A stretch of 64,000 nucleotides of DNA. Source: Octopus vulgaris (lineage: Eukaryota). The notes under the pieces were generated by a model. It was not told the origin of the DNA, did no database searches, and worked only from the letters and a program-made list of their open reading frames with translations. Positions 36,669 through 48,437 of the stretch are shown here, in pieces. The position numbers were made by a program, and so were the translations under genes. The number at the start of each line of letters is the position of its first letter. The first letter of the stretch is position 1. The stretch lies in contig OX597818.1 of NCBI GenBank assembly GCA_951406725.2, forward strand, positions 19,964,001 to 20,028,000, in the 5' to 3' direction.

Positions 36669-37563
36669 TAGTGTGAGTGATAAGAGAGTGAATGATTGTG
36701 CAGCTCATGCAGAATAAATATCATAAGCTGTTTTTGTTTAACACACCAATTTATTGGCCTATATTATCACCAACATCTTTTACCTTTTTCATGTTTTAGT
36801 CATTAAACTCTGGCCATGTGGGGGCATCGCCTTGAAGAATTTTAGTTGAATGAATCCATCTCCGTACTTTTTTTGTCTATGCTTGGTATTTATTTTATTA
36901 GTCTTTTTGATTGAACCATCAAGTTACAGGAACACAAACTCAACAAAATGGAAAATATATAATTGATTGAAGTTCATTCTTTGTATTAAAAAAAATGACT
37001 TTTATTTCACACTGTAAAACTAAAAAATAACTTTCTTGTCTACCCAATATATATATTCCTTACGGGAGCATTCCTATTTCTGTCATCATTCCTAATCTCT
37101 CTCTCTCACCAGGTAACCTTGTACCTCCTCTTCAACAAGACACCTGTTTCTGTCTCTCTATGACCTTTCATCCTCTGACACAAGATCACCTCCAATTCCC
37201 CCTCCCCTCAAGATATTTGTCTTGCTAGTTACTTGGTGATCCTGTCAGTGCAGGTGCCACTTAAAAAGCGTCCAGTCCACACTGTAAAGTGGTTGGTGTT
37301 TGGAAGGGCATCCAGCTGTAAAATCCTTGCCAAAATTGACCTCACCTGTACTTGTGCCATGTAAAAAGTACTGAGTCCACCCTGCTGGGTGGTTGGTGTT
37401 AGGAAAGCATCCAGCCTTAAAAACTCTGCCAAAACAGACACAGAAGTCTGATAGAGGCTTCTGCCTGGCCGGCTCCTGTCAAACTGTCCCACCCATGCCA
37501 GTATGGAAGGTGAACAGTAAATGATGATGATGATTATATATATATATATATAAAACTGGCACA

Positions 37564-37603
<40 letters not shown>

Positions 37604-38203
37604 TATACACATACATAAAGGATATTCGTAAAGGTTTGAACTCAACTCACTTCATGACGTGACAGCAATGAAGCTTTATTTTGGAATCACTGAGAAAGGA
37701 ATCAGAATCTGGCTCAAATCTTTCAGAACATCCCTTATATATATACCTTGTCTAACCCATGCAAGCATGGGAAAAGGGATGTAAAATGATCAGATGATAG
37801 GTTTCTAGATAGTTTCCATCCACAAAATTTCACTTCTAAATCATTGGTCAACTTGAGCTTATAATAGAAAATACATGTCCAAATAGTCAAGCTGTGAAAC
37901 TTGTTAACACTACAGCCATACCTCCCGGACCACACATTCTCTCTTAGTTTGAATGTGTATCAGTTGATACACAAATTGTACTTTTGTATATGAGTGGGAG
38001 AGAACTTTGGTGTATATATTTCCTGCATTAATAATTGTGTATGAATGTGTGTGTGTGCTTTTGCATGCCAAACTAGTTCGGCTGTTCTAGTTTTTACCCT
38101 CTAAAATCATATCATATGACCTGGATAAACTGGAACAGGATTTAATGTTTGTCTTTGTGTATTACTGTATGTATACATCACACATGCACAAGTGCGTGCG
38201 CAT

Positions 38204-38235
<32 letters not shown>

Positions 38236-39116
38236 CCATCCTATGCAAAGGTAAATTATACATTCCTAAGATGCCATGGAATAGGATTAAACTAGTGACC
38301 TCATGACTGTAATGTGATCTCCTTTACCACTCAGGCATAATAGATGCAATAGATGCACATGATAGGTGGGTAAGTAGGTAGGCAGATTGTTAAGTACAGT
38401 AATACCTCTCTTTATGAGACCCCAGGTTTATGAGTTTTTATTTTTCAGCTCACTTTTGCATGGTGAGATGAAATTTTTCAAGCACAAGATCCAAATTTTG
38501 AACAAAGTGAAGGTTTTGCGCTTGGAGTTTCTTCCATAACATGCTAATTAATCCCTAGCCAGGATCCTAACAGAGGCTACTACCCTACTCCAGGCCAGAG
38601 GAGATCAGGGAACAATAATGGCTAAAAAGTAGTCATACACTCCCTAAAAATCTGGAACTTCCTAACCAGCATACCACTACTGGAGTTTAAAGTCATATCC
38701 AGAGTGAGATACATGGTAGGTAGATTAAATATATAGGTAGCTAAACATTTATCTATTATTTTTATTTGTTTTCTACTTAAACATAATCCGTGCAGGCATG
38801 ACTTTGTTGTTGAGAAGCTTGCTTCCCAACCACAAGGTTTCAGGTTCTGTGTCACTGTGCGGCAAGTGTCTCTATGATAGCCTTGAGCAAACCAAAACCT
38901 TGTGTGTGGATTTGGAAGCTGGAAACTGAAAGAAACCTGCCACATATGTGTGTGTGTGTGTGTGTATAGAATATGAGGGGGTTTAGTTCACTGGTGATCT
39001 AAACGGATAGGTACACTGAGTAAGTGCTACAATTGGTCATCAATTAGGTCCCATGTTCACAGCTGAGGCTGGAGCTAGGGATCCATATTAGGCTTCCATG
39101 TTAGCAGGTATATATA

Positions 39117-39957
39117 AGAGGAAAAGGACAACAAAAACAAGGCAGGACAAGTATCTCAAGTCATTTGTAATAATTTAATTAAGGTAAGGTGAATTGGAAC
39201 TCTTACGACTGTTTCTGGGATATCCCAAGTGATAGGCTAGCATGTCCATACACTGGGTTTTCCATCATTAGAGACAAGATGAGTATATACGAAAGTTCTA
39301 GACAGGGCAATTCACAGTTTATAAGGAATAAAATAGAAGAATAAAGAATAAAAGTAGATAGAAGAATACAGACAGAAGATCAAAGTTCACAATTCATCTT
39401 TTTCCAGAGGATATGGAAGTTGGTCTGTACTTCCGTGAAGGTATAGGCCCTTAGATATAATCCCAGGTAAATCCAGGCAGTATTTTGAATGATGCATTCA
39501 TGTTGAGGTGTTAGCTAGTATATACTAGCTAACCACTTCAGCATGAACATATACTAGCTAACCACCTCAACATGAACGCATCATTCAAAATACTGCCTGG
39601 ATTTACCTGGGATTATATCTAAAGGCCTATACCTTCATGGAAGTGTGGACCAACCTTCATACTCTCTGGAAAAATTTGAACTGTGAACTTTATTCTCCTG
39701 TCTGTATTCTTACATCTACTATTACACTTTATTCTTCTATTTTATTCCTTATAAACTGTGAATTTCCTTGTCTAGAACGTTCATATGTACTCACCTTGTC
39801 TCTGATGACAGAATACCCAGTGTAAGGGCATGGTAGCCTATCACTTAGGATATCCAAGAAACAGCTGTAAGACTTCAAATTCATCTTACCCTAATTAGAT
39901 TATTATAAATAATGACTTGAGATACTCCTGCTGCCTTGGTTTTTGTTGTCCTTTTCC

Positions 39958-39960
<3 letters not shown>
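39117..39960. repeat. Spacerless about 845-bp palindrome of a hammerhead-bearing Penelope-like terminus
   Basis: Arms are reverse complements; centre ttagctagtat|atactagctaa at 39521/39522; 29-bp tandem duplication next to the centre; (TA)n flanks. Confidence 0.92.
39798..39873 (+). ncRNA. Type I hammerhead motif with extended stem II (intact core, GUA triplet)
   Basis: GUCU CUGAUGA [about 49-nt stem II with CCCAGUG/CACUUAGG] GAAAC AGCU GUA AGAC; palindromic ACAGCUGU stem III; base of stem II is mutated. Confidence 0.6.
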
Positions 39961-40028
<68 letters not shown>

Positions 40029-40070
40029 CAAGTTTGACATGGTCGATTCTTTCTTGTCTTGGAATTCACG

Positions 40071-40293
40071 GTCAAATGGCTGGGTGGAATTGTGTGAAAA
40101 ATTACACAGATGTGTAGAATAATCCAGTGGTGATGCTGGGCTTTGTATTTTTTTCATAGCTCCCATGGTTACCAAGATAATCTACTATAATAATACTCTT
40201 GTGTTTATGAATGAGAAAGGAAGGATGAATAAGGAAGGAAGGGGTGATGTCATACTTGGTAGTTGGATGATGAAAATTGTACTCTAAAAAAAA
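40071..40293 (+). repeat. About 220-bp segment duplicated at 42284-42504
   Basis: Near-identical direct copies (two substitutions and homopolymer length changes seen). Confidence 0.9.
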
Positions 40294-40747
40294 TAATAAA
40301 TCTGTGTTTCAACTGTGTGAATGTGTGTGTATGTAAAAGCAGGTATATGAATGTGTGTGGGCGTTTGTGTGGTGTGTGTGCGTGTGCACGCTCAATAGAA
40401 GTGGGATGGTACATCTTTGCTTAGTATTTGGGTTTATTTTTTGATTTGGTTGAATTATGGTAGGTTTTTTTTTTGTTGGTCAGTTACTTTTAGTCTTTTA
40501 ACAGAAAAAGTCATTCTAAAATTGTTTTTCAATGTAAGCGTGCACAAACAAGTTGAATGCTTACACAGAGCAGGTTTTTCAGCCACATCATCCAAACCAA
40601 CCAGGTGAAACCGGGCTTAGCTGCTAATATATATATATATATATATATATTTTCCTTCTTTCCTGAGCGTCCAATAATACTATATTTGTTCCACGTCCTC
40701 GTGTTGTTGTGTTTTTTTGTGCTTTCATGTTTTGATTAACTTTATAT

Positions 40748-41250
40748 CATCATCATCATCATCATCATTGTTTAACGTCCGTTTTCCGTGCTAGCATGGG
40801 TTGGACGGTTTGACCAGGGTCTGGGAAGCCAGGGGCTGCACCAGGTTCCAGTCTGATCTGGCAGTGTTTCTACAGCTGGATGCCCTTCCTAATGCCAACC
40901 ACTCCGTGAGTGTAGTGGGTGCTTTTTACGTGCTACCTGCACAGATGCCAGGGGAGGCTGGCAGGATCCATGATTGGTTGGTGCTTTTAACGTGCCACCG
41001 GCACGGAAGCCAGCCAAGGCGGCGCTGGCATCGGCACGTTCGGATGGTGCTTTTTATGTGCCACCGGCACAGGTATCACAACTACTATTTCCATTGATAT
41101 TTATTTCGATGTTCATGTACTTGACTCAACAGGTCTCCTCAAGCACAGCGAGATGTTCTGGAATCCAAGGTACTTTGAATGGTCAGGGGCTATGCGGAAC
41201 GGGTGCAGGAAGCAGCCCGGGTCTTTGCAGTCACAGCATATCTCCAGAGA
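40748..41250 (-). mobile_element. RTE 3'UTR copy
   Basis: Family match. Confidence 0.8.
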
Positions 41251-41258
41251 TCTGCTGT

Positions 41259-41296
<38 letters not shown>

Positions 41297-41788
41297 TACA
41301 TACATACATAAATATATATATTTTTTTTATTCTCAATCCTTTCTGTTGAAGAGCATAGGCTCAAAATGTCAAAGACTTTTCCATTCTTCCTGAGCCTTAA
41401 ACTAATACACCTGTTTGTTGTTCCGTCAACTGTCTTTATCTTTTGTTTTCTGTAAGTTTGAACTATGTATGTAATGTATGTATGTATACATATCAGGTGT
41501 AGATCCATTTCTCATGAGACTAATGAAGGTGCTTTCAATACATTCACATGCAGGCACACACATATAAAGGGAAAGAATTCAAGTCCACAGTAGCCAACAT
41601 TGTTTTCAATTGGCAAAAAAAATTAGTTTAATAAAGTTCAAAAAATTTCTATACGAAGTGGTGAATTCTAAAGGTTCACTTTAATTAACTTCTTGGAACT
41701 TCTGTACACAAACGGGTGTGTGTGTGTGTGCACAAAGAAAATATATCTGCAATGAAATTGTTTAACTAATTCCTTTTTATGTTTTCAG

Positions 41789-41838
41789 TTCTCTTCCTTA
41801 TTGGAACAGTCCATATTGTAATATGATTAATGGATCAG
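41789..41838 (+). CDS. SCARB2: SCARB2-like coding exon 6 (SLPYWNSPYCNMINGS)
   Basis: ttttcag| acceptor, G|gtcagt donor, 50 nt (phase 2 to 1), W...CNMING motif. Confidence 0.93.
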
Positions 41839-41915
41839 GTCAGTAACCATCATTACAATCATCACCACCATCATTATCGTCATCCTCCTCCTCCTCCTCC
41901 TCCTCCTCCTCCTCC

Positions 41916-41946
<31 letters not shown>

Positions 41947-42789
41947 TGTTATTATTAAGGCGGTGAGATGACAGAATTGTCAGCACACTGCTTAGTGGCA
42001 TTTCGTCCATCTTTACATTCTTAGCAACATTTGTGAGCTATAACTTGTAGTCCTGAGTCTAGCTTAGAAAGGCAGCAAACTGGCAGAACAGATAGAGTGT
42101 CAGAAAAATAAATGCTTTGCAGTATTTGTTCCAGCTCTTTAAGTCCTGTGTTCAAATCCCACCAAGGTCAACTTATCCTTTCATCTTTCTAGTGTCAGTA
42201 AAATAAAGTATCAGTCCCAGATGGTGGATAAGTAGAATTATTAGAGGGTTGGCCAAAATATCTTGCAGTATATATTGTGTACAGTCAAATGGCTGGGTGG
42301 AATTGTGTGAAAAATTACACAGATGTGTAGAATAATCCAGTGGTGATGCTGGGCTTTGTATTTTTCATAGCTCCCATGGTTACCAAGATAATCTACTATA
42401 GTAATACTCTTGGGTTTATGAATGAGAAAGGAAGGATGAATAAGGAAGGAAGGGGTGATGTCATACTTGGTAGTTGGATGATGAAAATTGTACTCTAAAA
42501 AAAAAAAAATTGTAAAAAGGTTGTTATATATTTCAACACTTTATGCTGTAGATTTCTTTGCTAGTGTAATGAACTTGCCTGTATCTAACAGACAATATGG
42601 TGTATTGTTAAAAATATCCAAGAAAAATCATTGGGGGACCAACTTTGTATTCTCCCATGACAATTCCATTAAAAGTACACAGCATTTGTCATCAGGTGTC
42701 ATTTGTTGTGTGATTGTGTAAAGAAGGACTTTGCTTAGAATTCAGTGTTTTTTTTATTGTTGTTATAATTTTTTTTCTTTTATTCACAG

Positions 42790-42859
42790 ATGGTACTCTT
42801 TTCTCACCATTCAAAACCAAAGATTCCAACATTTATATCTTCTCTACAGATATTTGTCG
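42790..42859 (+). CDS. SCARB2: SCARB2-like coding exon 7 (DGTLFSPFKTKDSNIYIFSTDICR)
   Basis: tcacag| acceptor, |gtaagt donor, 70 nt (phase 1 to 2). Confidence 0.95.
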
Positions 42860-44554
42860 GTAAGTTCACTATATATAACTACTGAATGAAAATTTCTGCA
42901 CTTAGTTTGACAAATTCTAGATGATCCCTCAGTTCTTTTGTTTGTTTTATCAGCAATCACAGCCATATGTGTTTACCACTTTCAAGAGTTTCCAAATATA
43001 TGTCTTAAGATTCATGATTAAGCCAGGTGTACTCATTAGAAGTTGACAGGTCCTGAAGTGAATGTGTGCAGGCTACCTTACTAACACTAGAACACTTTGT
43101 TTGTCAATCATCCACAAAATAATTTTACAGATGCCCTTTAACTTTACTTTACCAACCCACTCAGTACAAGCCCAGTGCTACAATATCCTACATTAAAATA
43201 TTCAAATTCAAATCTTAGCTGAAACTATAATATCCTTCATATTAAGCTCCACCAGTGTAATGACATCTTATAGGGATAAAGACAGATTGTTTGAGCTAAC
43301 AGAACCTTTCAGTGTGTATGTCGATTGACTGATTGACAGACAAATGGACATAAAGACAAACAAATAGAAAAAGAGAGATGATCATTGAGAAAATATCTGT
43401 GTGTGTGTGAATGGATAGTAAAAGTTATTTGATAATCAAAAACACTGCATTGCAGATTTATTATTTGCAACAACAGATTTTTGAAATGAAAACCTTATTA
43501 ATATTTATAACCAATTAATATATCTAAAATACATTTGTAAAGTGAACACCAGCATACTTGATGTCATAAGCCAAAAACTGTTTTAATTAATTAAAATTTG
43601 TTAAATATGGTATACTGTGTAGCAGTGAATCTTATCTTTAGTTGTACAGTGATAACTACAGACATGTTTTGGTCTTATTAAACCTCATTAGGAAAACATA
43701 GTCTAACTGTGACTGCTAAATATTAGTGTGACTAGAGATATATAGATTTTTGAGTACTTAGTAGCATAAATTACTTAAAAAGCAGTGGCAGCTCATAGAT
43801 AAAATTAGTTGGGGTGCTGCTTCATAAAATTTTTAGTTGTTGTTTTGATATTGTGTAAAAGGAAACAAACATATAAAAAGAAAATTTATACATAACTTGA
43901 TTGGTTCGCATTTTAGCCACTACCTAGTAGTATGTTTAATTTGTTCACTGAACACTGCCACAAATTCCTCCTTGTTTTTCAAAAATCCCCACTAAATTGC
44001 AAAATAAGGAGGGAAAATCTGCCATATTTTTAAAATCCTAGCAGCAACACTGTAGCTGGAAGCAGGATAATAATCTAATCCTACTCTTTATCACATTCAA
44101 GAATATAAACACATTTTTAAGCACAACACACACACAGTCAAAAAGAAACACTACCTTTCACCAGCACACCACAGTCAGCACTGCATGAACAAGAGTGTTC
44201 TCGTTCCCTAGCATGCAGCTTCCTATCTCGGACATGTAAGCATGTACACAACAGCCAAACACCACATTGCTGGAACAGTGAAGCAATGACCTCGGCAGAA
44301 TTTGAACTCAGAATGTAAAGACAGATGAAATACTGCTAAGCATTTCGCCCAGTGTGCTAACATTTCTGCTAGCTCATCACCTTACTAAGGAAAAATATAA
44401 TCCTACTTGAGAACAGGTTAGGGTTGTCAACAGGATGGGCATTTGGTCATAGAAAATCAACCTCAATGAATTCTCTCTGACTCATGCAAGCATGGAAAAG
44501 TGGATGTTTAACAATAATTATTATTATCATTATTACTATTATTATTATTATCAT

Positions 44555-45290
44555 TTTTGCTTTCAATTTTGCTTCCATTTCTTACTAAGGCACTTAGGGC
44601 AGAGAAACTCACTTTATACATTGATAGGCCATTAAACTAAACATATCAGATTGTTTATTTACAATATCAAATAACGTTATGTAGAAAAATAAATTATTTA
44701 TATAGAAGGTTGTCATTTGCACAGAAACATCACACTTCTCAGTATGTGTGACATTCAAGTTAAAACAATATTTTGCACTTCTTGCAAGGGTGGTAAGCCA
44801 GGTATCATTTTCAAATAATTTTCAGTTCCTTTTTTGATCATTCCAAGTGCTCCTACAATCACTGGTATTGTAACTGCCTTGAGATACCACATCATCATCA
44901 TCACATTTTTACAATTTCAATGAGCATATCTTTATATTTTCTCAGCTGGTCAAATTCTTTTGCTGAGATATCATGATCACAAGAATACTCATCAGTTAAT
45001 AACCAGACTTTAGTGTTTTGGTCTTTCACAACAATATCTGGTTTATTTGCTTTGATGGTTCAATCTGTATATACTGGGAAGTTCCAAAGAGTTGTTACAT
45101 TTTCTCTCTCAGTTATAGCCTCAGGCTGGTGTTTATACTATTTGTCAACAGTTTTGATTTTGTAATGATAACATATTAACCAGTGTAGATACTGGCCAAC
45201 ATGGTTGTCTCTTTATTTATACTCTACCGGTGCTAAAACTTTGCATCCAGAGACTAGGTGATCCACTGTTTCAATCTCATCTTTGCATAA
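44555..45290 (-). mobile_element. Second R4/Dong-type RLE retrotransposon 3' fragment
   Basis: Minus strand LWNFPVYTD*TIKANKPDIVVKD...KYKDMLIEI; 3' end abuts (ATT)n at 44515-44552. Confidence 0.7.
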
Positions 45291-45418
45291 TCAGCACTTT
45301 GGAACTACTCCATTTTTCATCACATTGGCTTGGTAGTTTTGAGTTAATAAATTTTAATCTTAAGAGGAACATTATTATTTTTATTATTATTATTATTATT
45401 ATTGCTGCTGCTGCTGCA

Positions 45419-45720
45419 AGATGGTGAGCTGGCAGAATCGCTAGCACGCCGGGCGAAATGCTTAGCGGTATTTTGTCTGCCGCTACGTTCTGAGTTCAAA
45501 TTCCACCGAGGTCGACTTTGCCTTTCATCCTTTCGGGGTCGATTAAATAAGTACCAGTTATGCACTGGGGTCGATATAATCGGCTTAATCCATTTGTCTG
45601 TCCTTGTTTGTTCCTCTGTGTTTAGCCCCTTGTGGGTAGTAAAGAAATAGGTATTTCACCCATCCTTATGTTCTGAGTTCAAATTCTGCTGAAATTGACT
45701 TTGCTTTTTATCCTTGCACC
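45419..45720 (+). mobile_element. SINE family B, CpG-rich (young) copy
   Basis: Family match with most CpGs intact. Confidence 0.85.
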
Positions 45721-45880
45721 TATAGGAGAAAAGATTATTATTATTATCCTTTGATATTATAGTGTCTTGCTTTAATCAAGGTAAACCCACCTTTTTTGTG
45801 TTGTATATTGACTTGGGCCCTTGTGGCCAATAAAAGAAATCATCATCATCATTATCATCATCATCGTCATCATTGTTATG

Positions 45881-45929
<49 letters not shown>

Positions 45930-46091
45930 GTTGTTGTAGTAGTAGTAGTAGTAGTAGTCTTCAAGCATGATAAAATAAAGTGCCAACTAAGTACTGAGAT
46001 CAATGATATTAACTATTGCTGGTCTTGTGCCTAAGTTAGAAGCAATAGTTGTTATAATTTCTACTCTTATTTTTTTATTTGTTTATTTTAG

Positions 46092-46264
46092 CTCTGTTCA
46101 CGCAACATTTGACAAAAAACTGACAGTACATGATATTCCAGTGAACAGATACACACCACCTCCTGATTTGTTTGCTACTGGAGATATAGAGCCTGCAAAT
46201 AAGGGATTTTGTACTCCAAACTGTTTGCCATCAGGTCTGTTGAATGTTAGCAAATGCCATCAAG
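46092..46264 (+). CDS. SCARB2: SCARB2-like coding exon 8 (SVHATFDKK...NKGFCTPNCLPSGLLNVSKCHQ)
   Basis: ttttag| acceptor, G|gtgagt donor, 173 nt (phase 2 to 1), Cys cluster. Confidence 0.95.
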
Positions 46265-46574
46265 GTGAGTAGTTTGTCTCATTTTGTGTGAGTGTGTGTT
46301 TTGATATATATATGTATATATACTGTTGTGTCTGGGAAGAGTCATTCTCTTTTAGTGCCTTATTATTTAACAGTATGTTAAATAATAAGGCACTATATAT
46401 ATATATATATATACATACATACATATACATATACAGGCTGGCAATTGGAGAAAGTAGACTTCATATGTAGAAGATCCACTGTGGTAGTAATCATTAAACT
46501 CAGAGTACATGGAAAATGCACTCATTCAAGTGCTTTGCTGGTTCTCTCAGAATAGTTAATTGAATTTTTTTAAC

Positions 46575-46905
46575 CTGGGGGAGCTAATTATAAAAGGAGA
46601 TAAGTGTTCTGAAACCATAACAGTCAGTATTAAAATAAGTTTCAAGAACTTCAAGGACCTATTACCTCTGCTGGTGACAAAGTCACTCTCACTCTCAGTG
46701 AAGGGCAGATTGTATAGTGCTTGTGTACAAACTGCAATGTTGCATGTTTGTGAGACATGAGCCTTGAATGCAAAGATTTACTAAAACTTGAAAGAAATGA
46801 AGTGAGGTGATCTGCTAGATGTGTAATGTTGGTGTGCATGAACAGTACAGTACAAATGAATTAAGAGAAAATTTGGATATAGAAGTACCAGACATAATGT
46901 GCAAA
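46575..46905 (+). mobile_element. RTE LINE C-terminal fragment
   Basis: FKDLLPLLVTKSLSLSVKGRLYSACVQTAMLH..ET; homologous to 62278-62770. Confidence 0.75.
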
Positions 46906-47004
46906 TATATTAAATATAAAATAAAAGAGCATTGTGTTAATACGGGAGTGCTTAGAACTCTATAAATTTAGCATATGTATAATATTTATGTTTATCATTT
47001 TCAG

Positions 47005-47123
47005 ATGCTCCCATTGTGCTTTCTCAACCTCACTTCTACCAAGCTGATCCTGCAGTAATAAACAATGTGACTGGTTTAAAACCAGACCCAGAAAAGCACT
47101 CCACTCAACTGGACATTGAACCA
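47005..47123 (+). CDS. SCARB2: SCARB2-like coding exon 9 (DAPIVLSQPHFYQADP...HSTQLDIEP)
   Basis: ttttcag| acceptor, |gtaaga donor, 119 nt (phase 1 to 0). Confidence 0.95.
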
Positions 47124-47687
47124 GTAAGATCTTTTTTTAACTAACTTATGTTCTTTTTTCCCCCAGATTTATATTCTAGAGTGCTTTTGTTTTCAGGTTC
47201 TGGTTGGCTCCAATTCAATTGACTTGTAATCAAAACGATCGTCCTGTATGATTCTTTGTTTTTTTTTTTTGTTTTGTTTTTTTTACAAATAATGTTGGAC
47301 TTGATTATCCTATGCGTTTCCCTTTTCCATTTCCCTCTCCCCATCATTTATGTAAATCCCCACACAAATTGTTGTCTGCCCTTATGATGTCCCCCTCATT
47401 TATGTCCCTATTCAAATGGTACTATTTTATTGACCCCAAAAAGATGAAAGGCAAAGTCAGCCTCAGCAGAATTTGAACTCAGAATGTTAAGATGGATGAA
47501 ATACTACTAAGCATTTTGCCCAGCATGAGATCACCATACTATGCTCCTGTTTCATAGATTATGATCATGTACATTGACCTTGCATGTTGGATTTGTTAGT
47601 TCATGTAAAACTCTTAACCCACTTAACTTTACATATTCCTAATAAATGAAACATGAAAATCTGATTGCATTTTCATTTGTGCTTCAG

Positions 47688-47761
47688 ACAACAGGTCTGG
47701 GACTGCATCTTGCAAAACGTCTACAGATAAATCTTATGATTGAAGCCATTCCAGGAATAAC
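47688..47761 (+). CDS. SCARB2: SCARB2-like coding exon 10 (TTGLGLHLAKRLQINLMIEAIPGI)
   Basis: cttcag| acceptor, |gtgagt donor, 74 nt (phase 0 to 2). Confidence 0.95.
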
Positions 47762-47850
47762 GTGAGTACTGGTTTATTGTATTTTACTTAGTTATTTTAT
47801 TCCATTACAGCTTGTTAAAAATATTATGATCTCTTTTATAGATATATGCA

Positions 47851-47900
<50 letters not shown>

Positions 47901-48437
47901 TATATACATATACACATATATACATATATATATGTATAGTTGTATGCTTGTGTGTGTGTTCATGCATATGTGTGCATGCTTATATGTGTATACAAATTTA
48001 TACACACTGACATGACTGTGTGATTAAGAAGTTTACTTTGAGTTGAGTCCCACTGTATGGCACCTTGGGCAAATGGCCTCTACTTTAGTCCCAGGTTGAC
48101 CAATGCCTGTGAGTAAATTTTGAGGACAAAGACCAAAAGCAGGCTATTGTATGTATGTATATGTGTGTGTGTGTATATTATCATCATCATCATTTAACAT
48201 CTGCTGGCCATGCTGACATGGATTGGAGGGTTTGATCAGAGCTGGTAAGCTGAAGGGCTGCACCAGACTCCAGTCTGATTTGGCATAATTTCTATAGCTG
48301 GATGCCCTTCCTGACGCCTACCACTGAGAATGTAATGGGTGCTCTTTTACATGCCAGTTGCATGGCACCAGTATCTGCCACGACTAGGATTTTACTTGGT
48401 TTGATGGATCTTCTCAAGTACAGCATATACACATATA

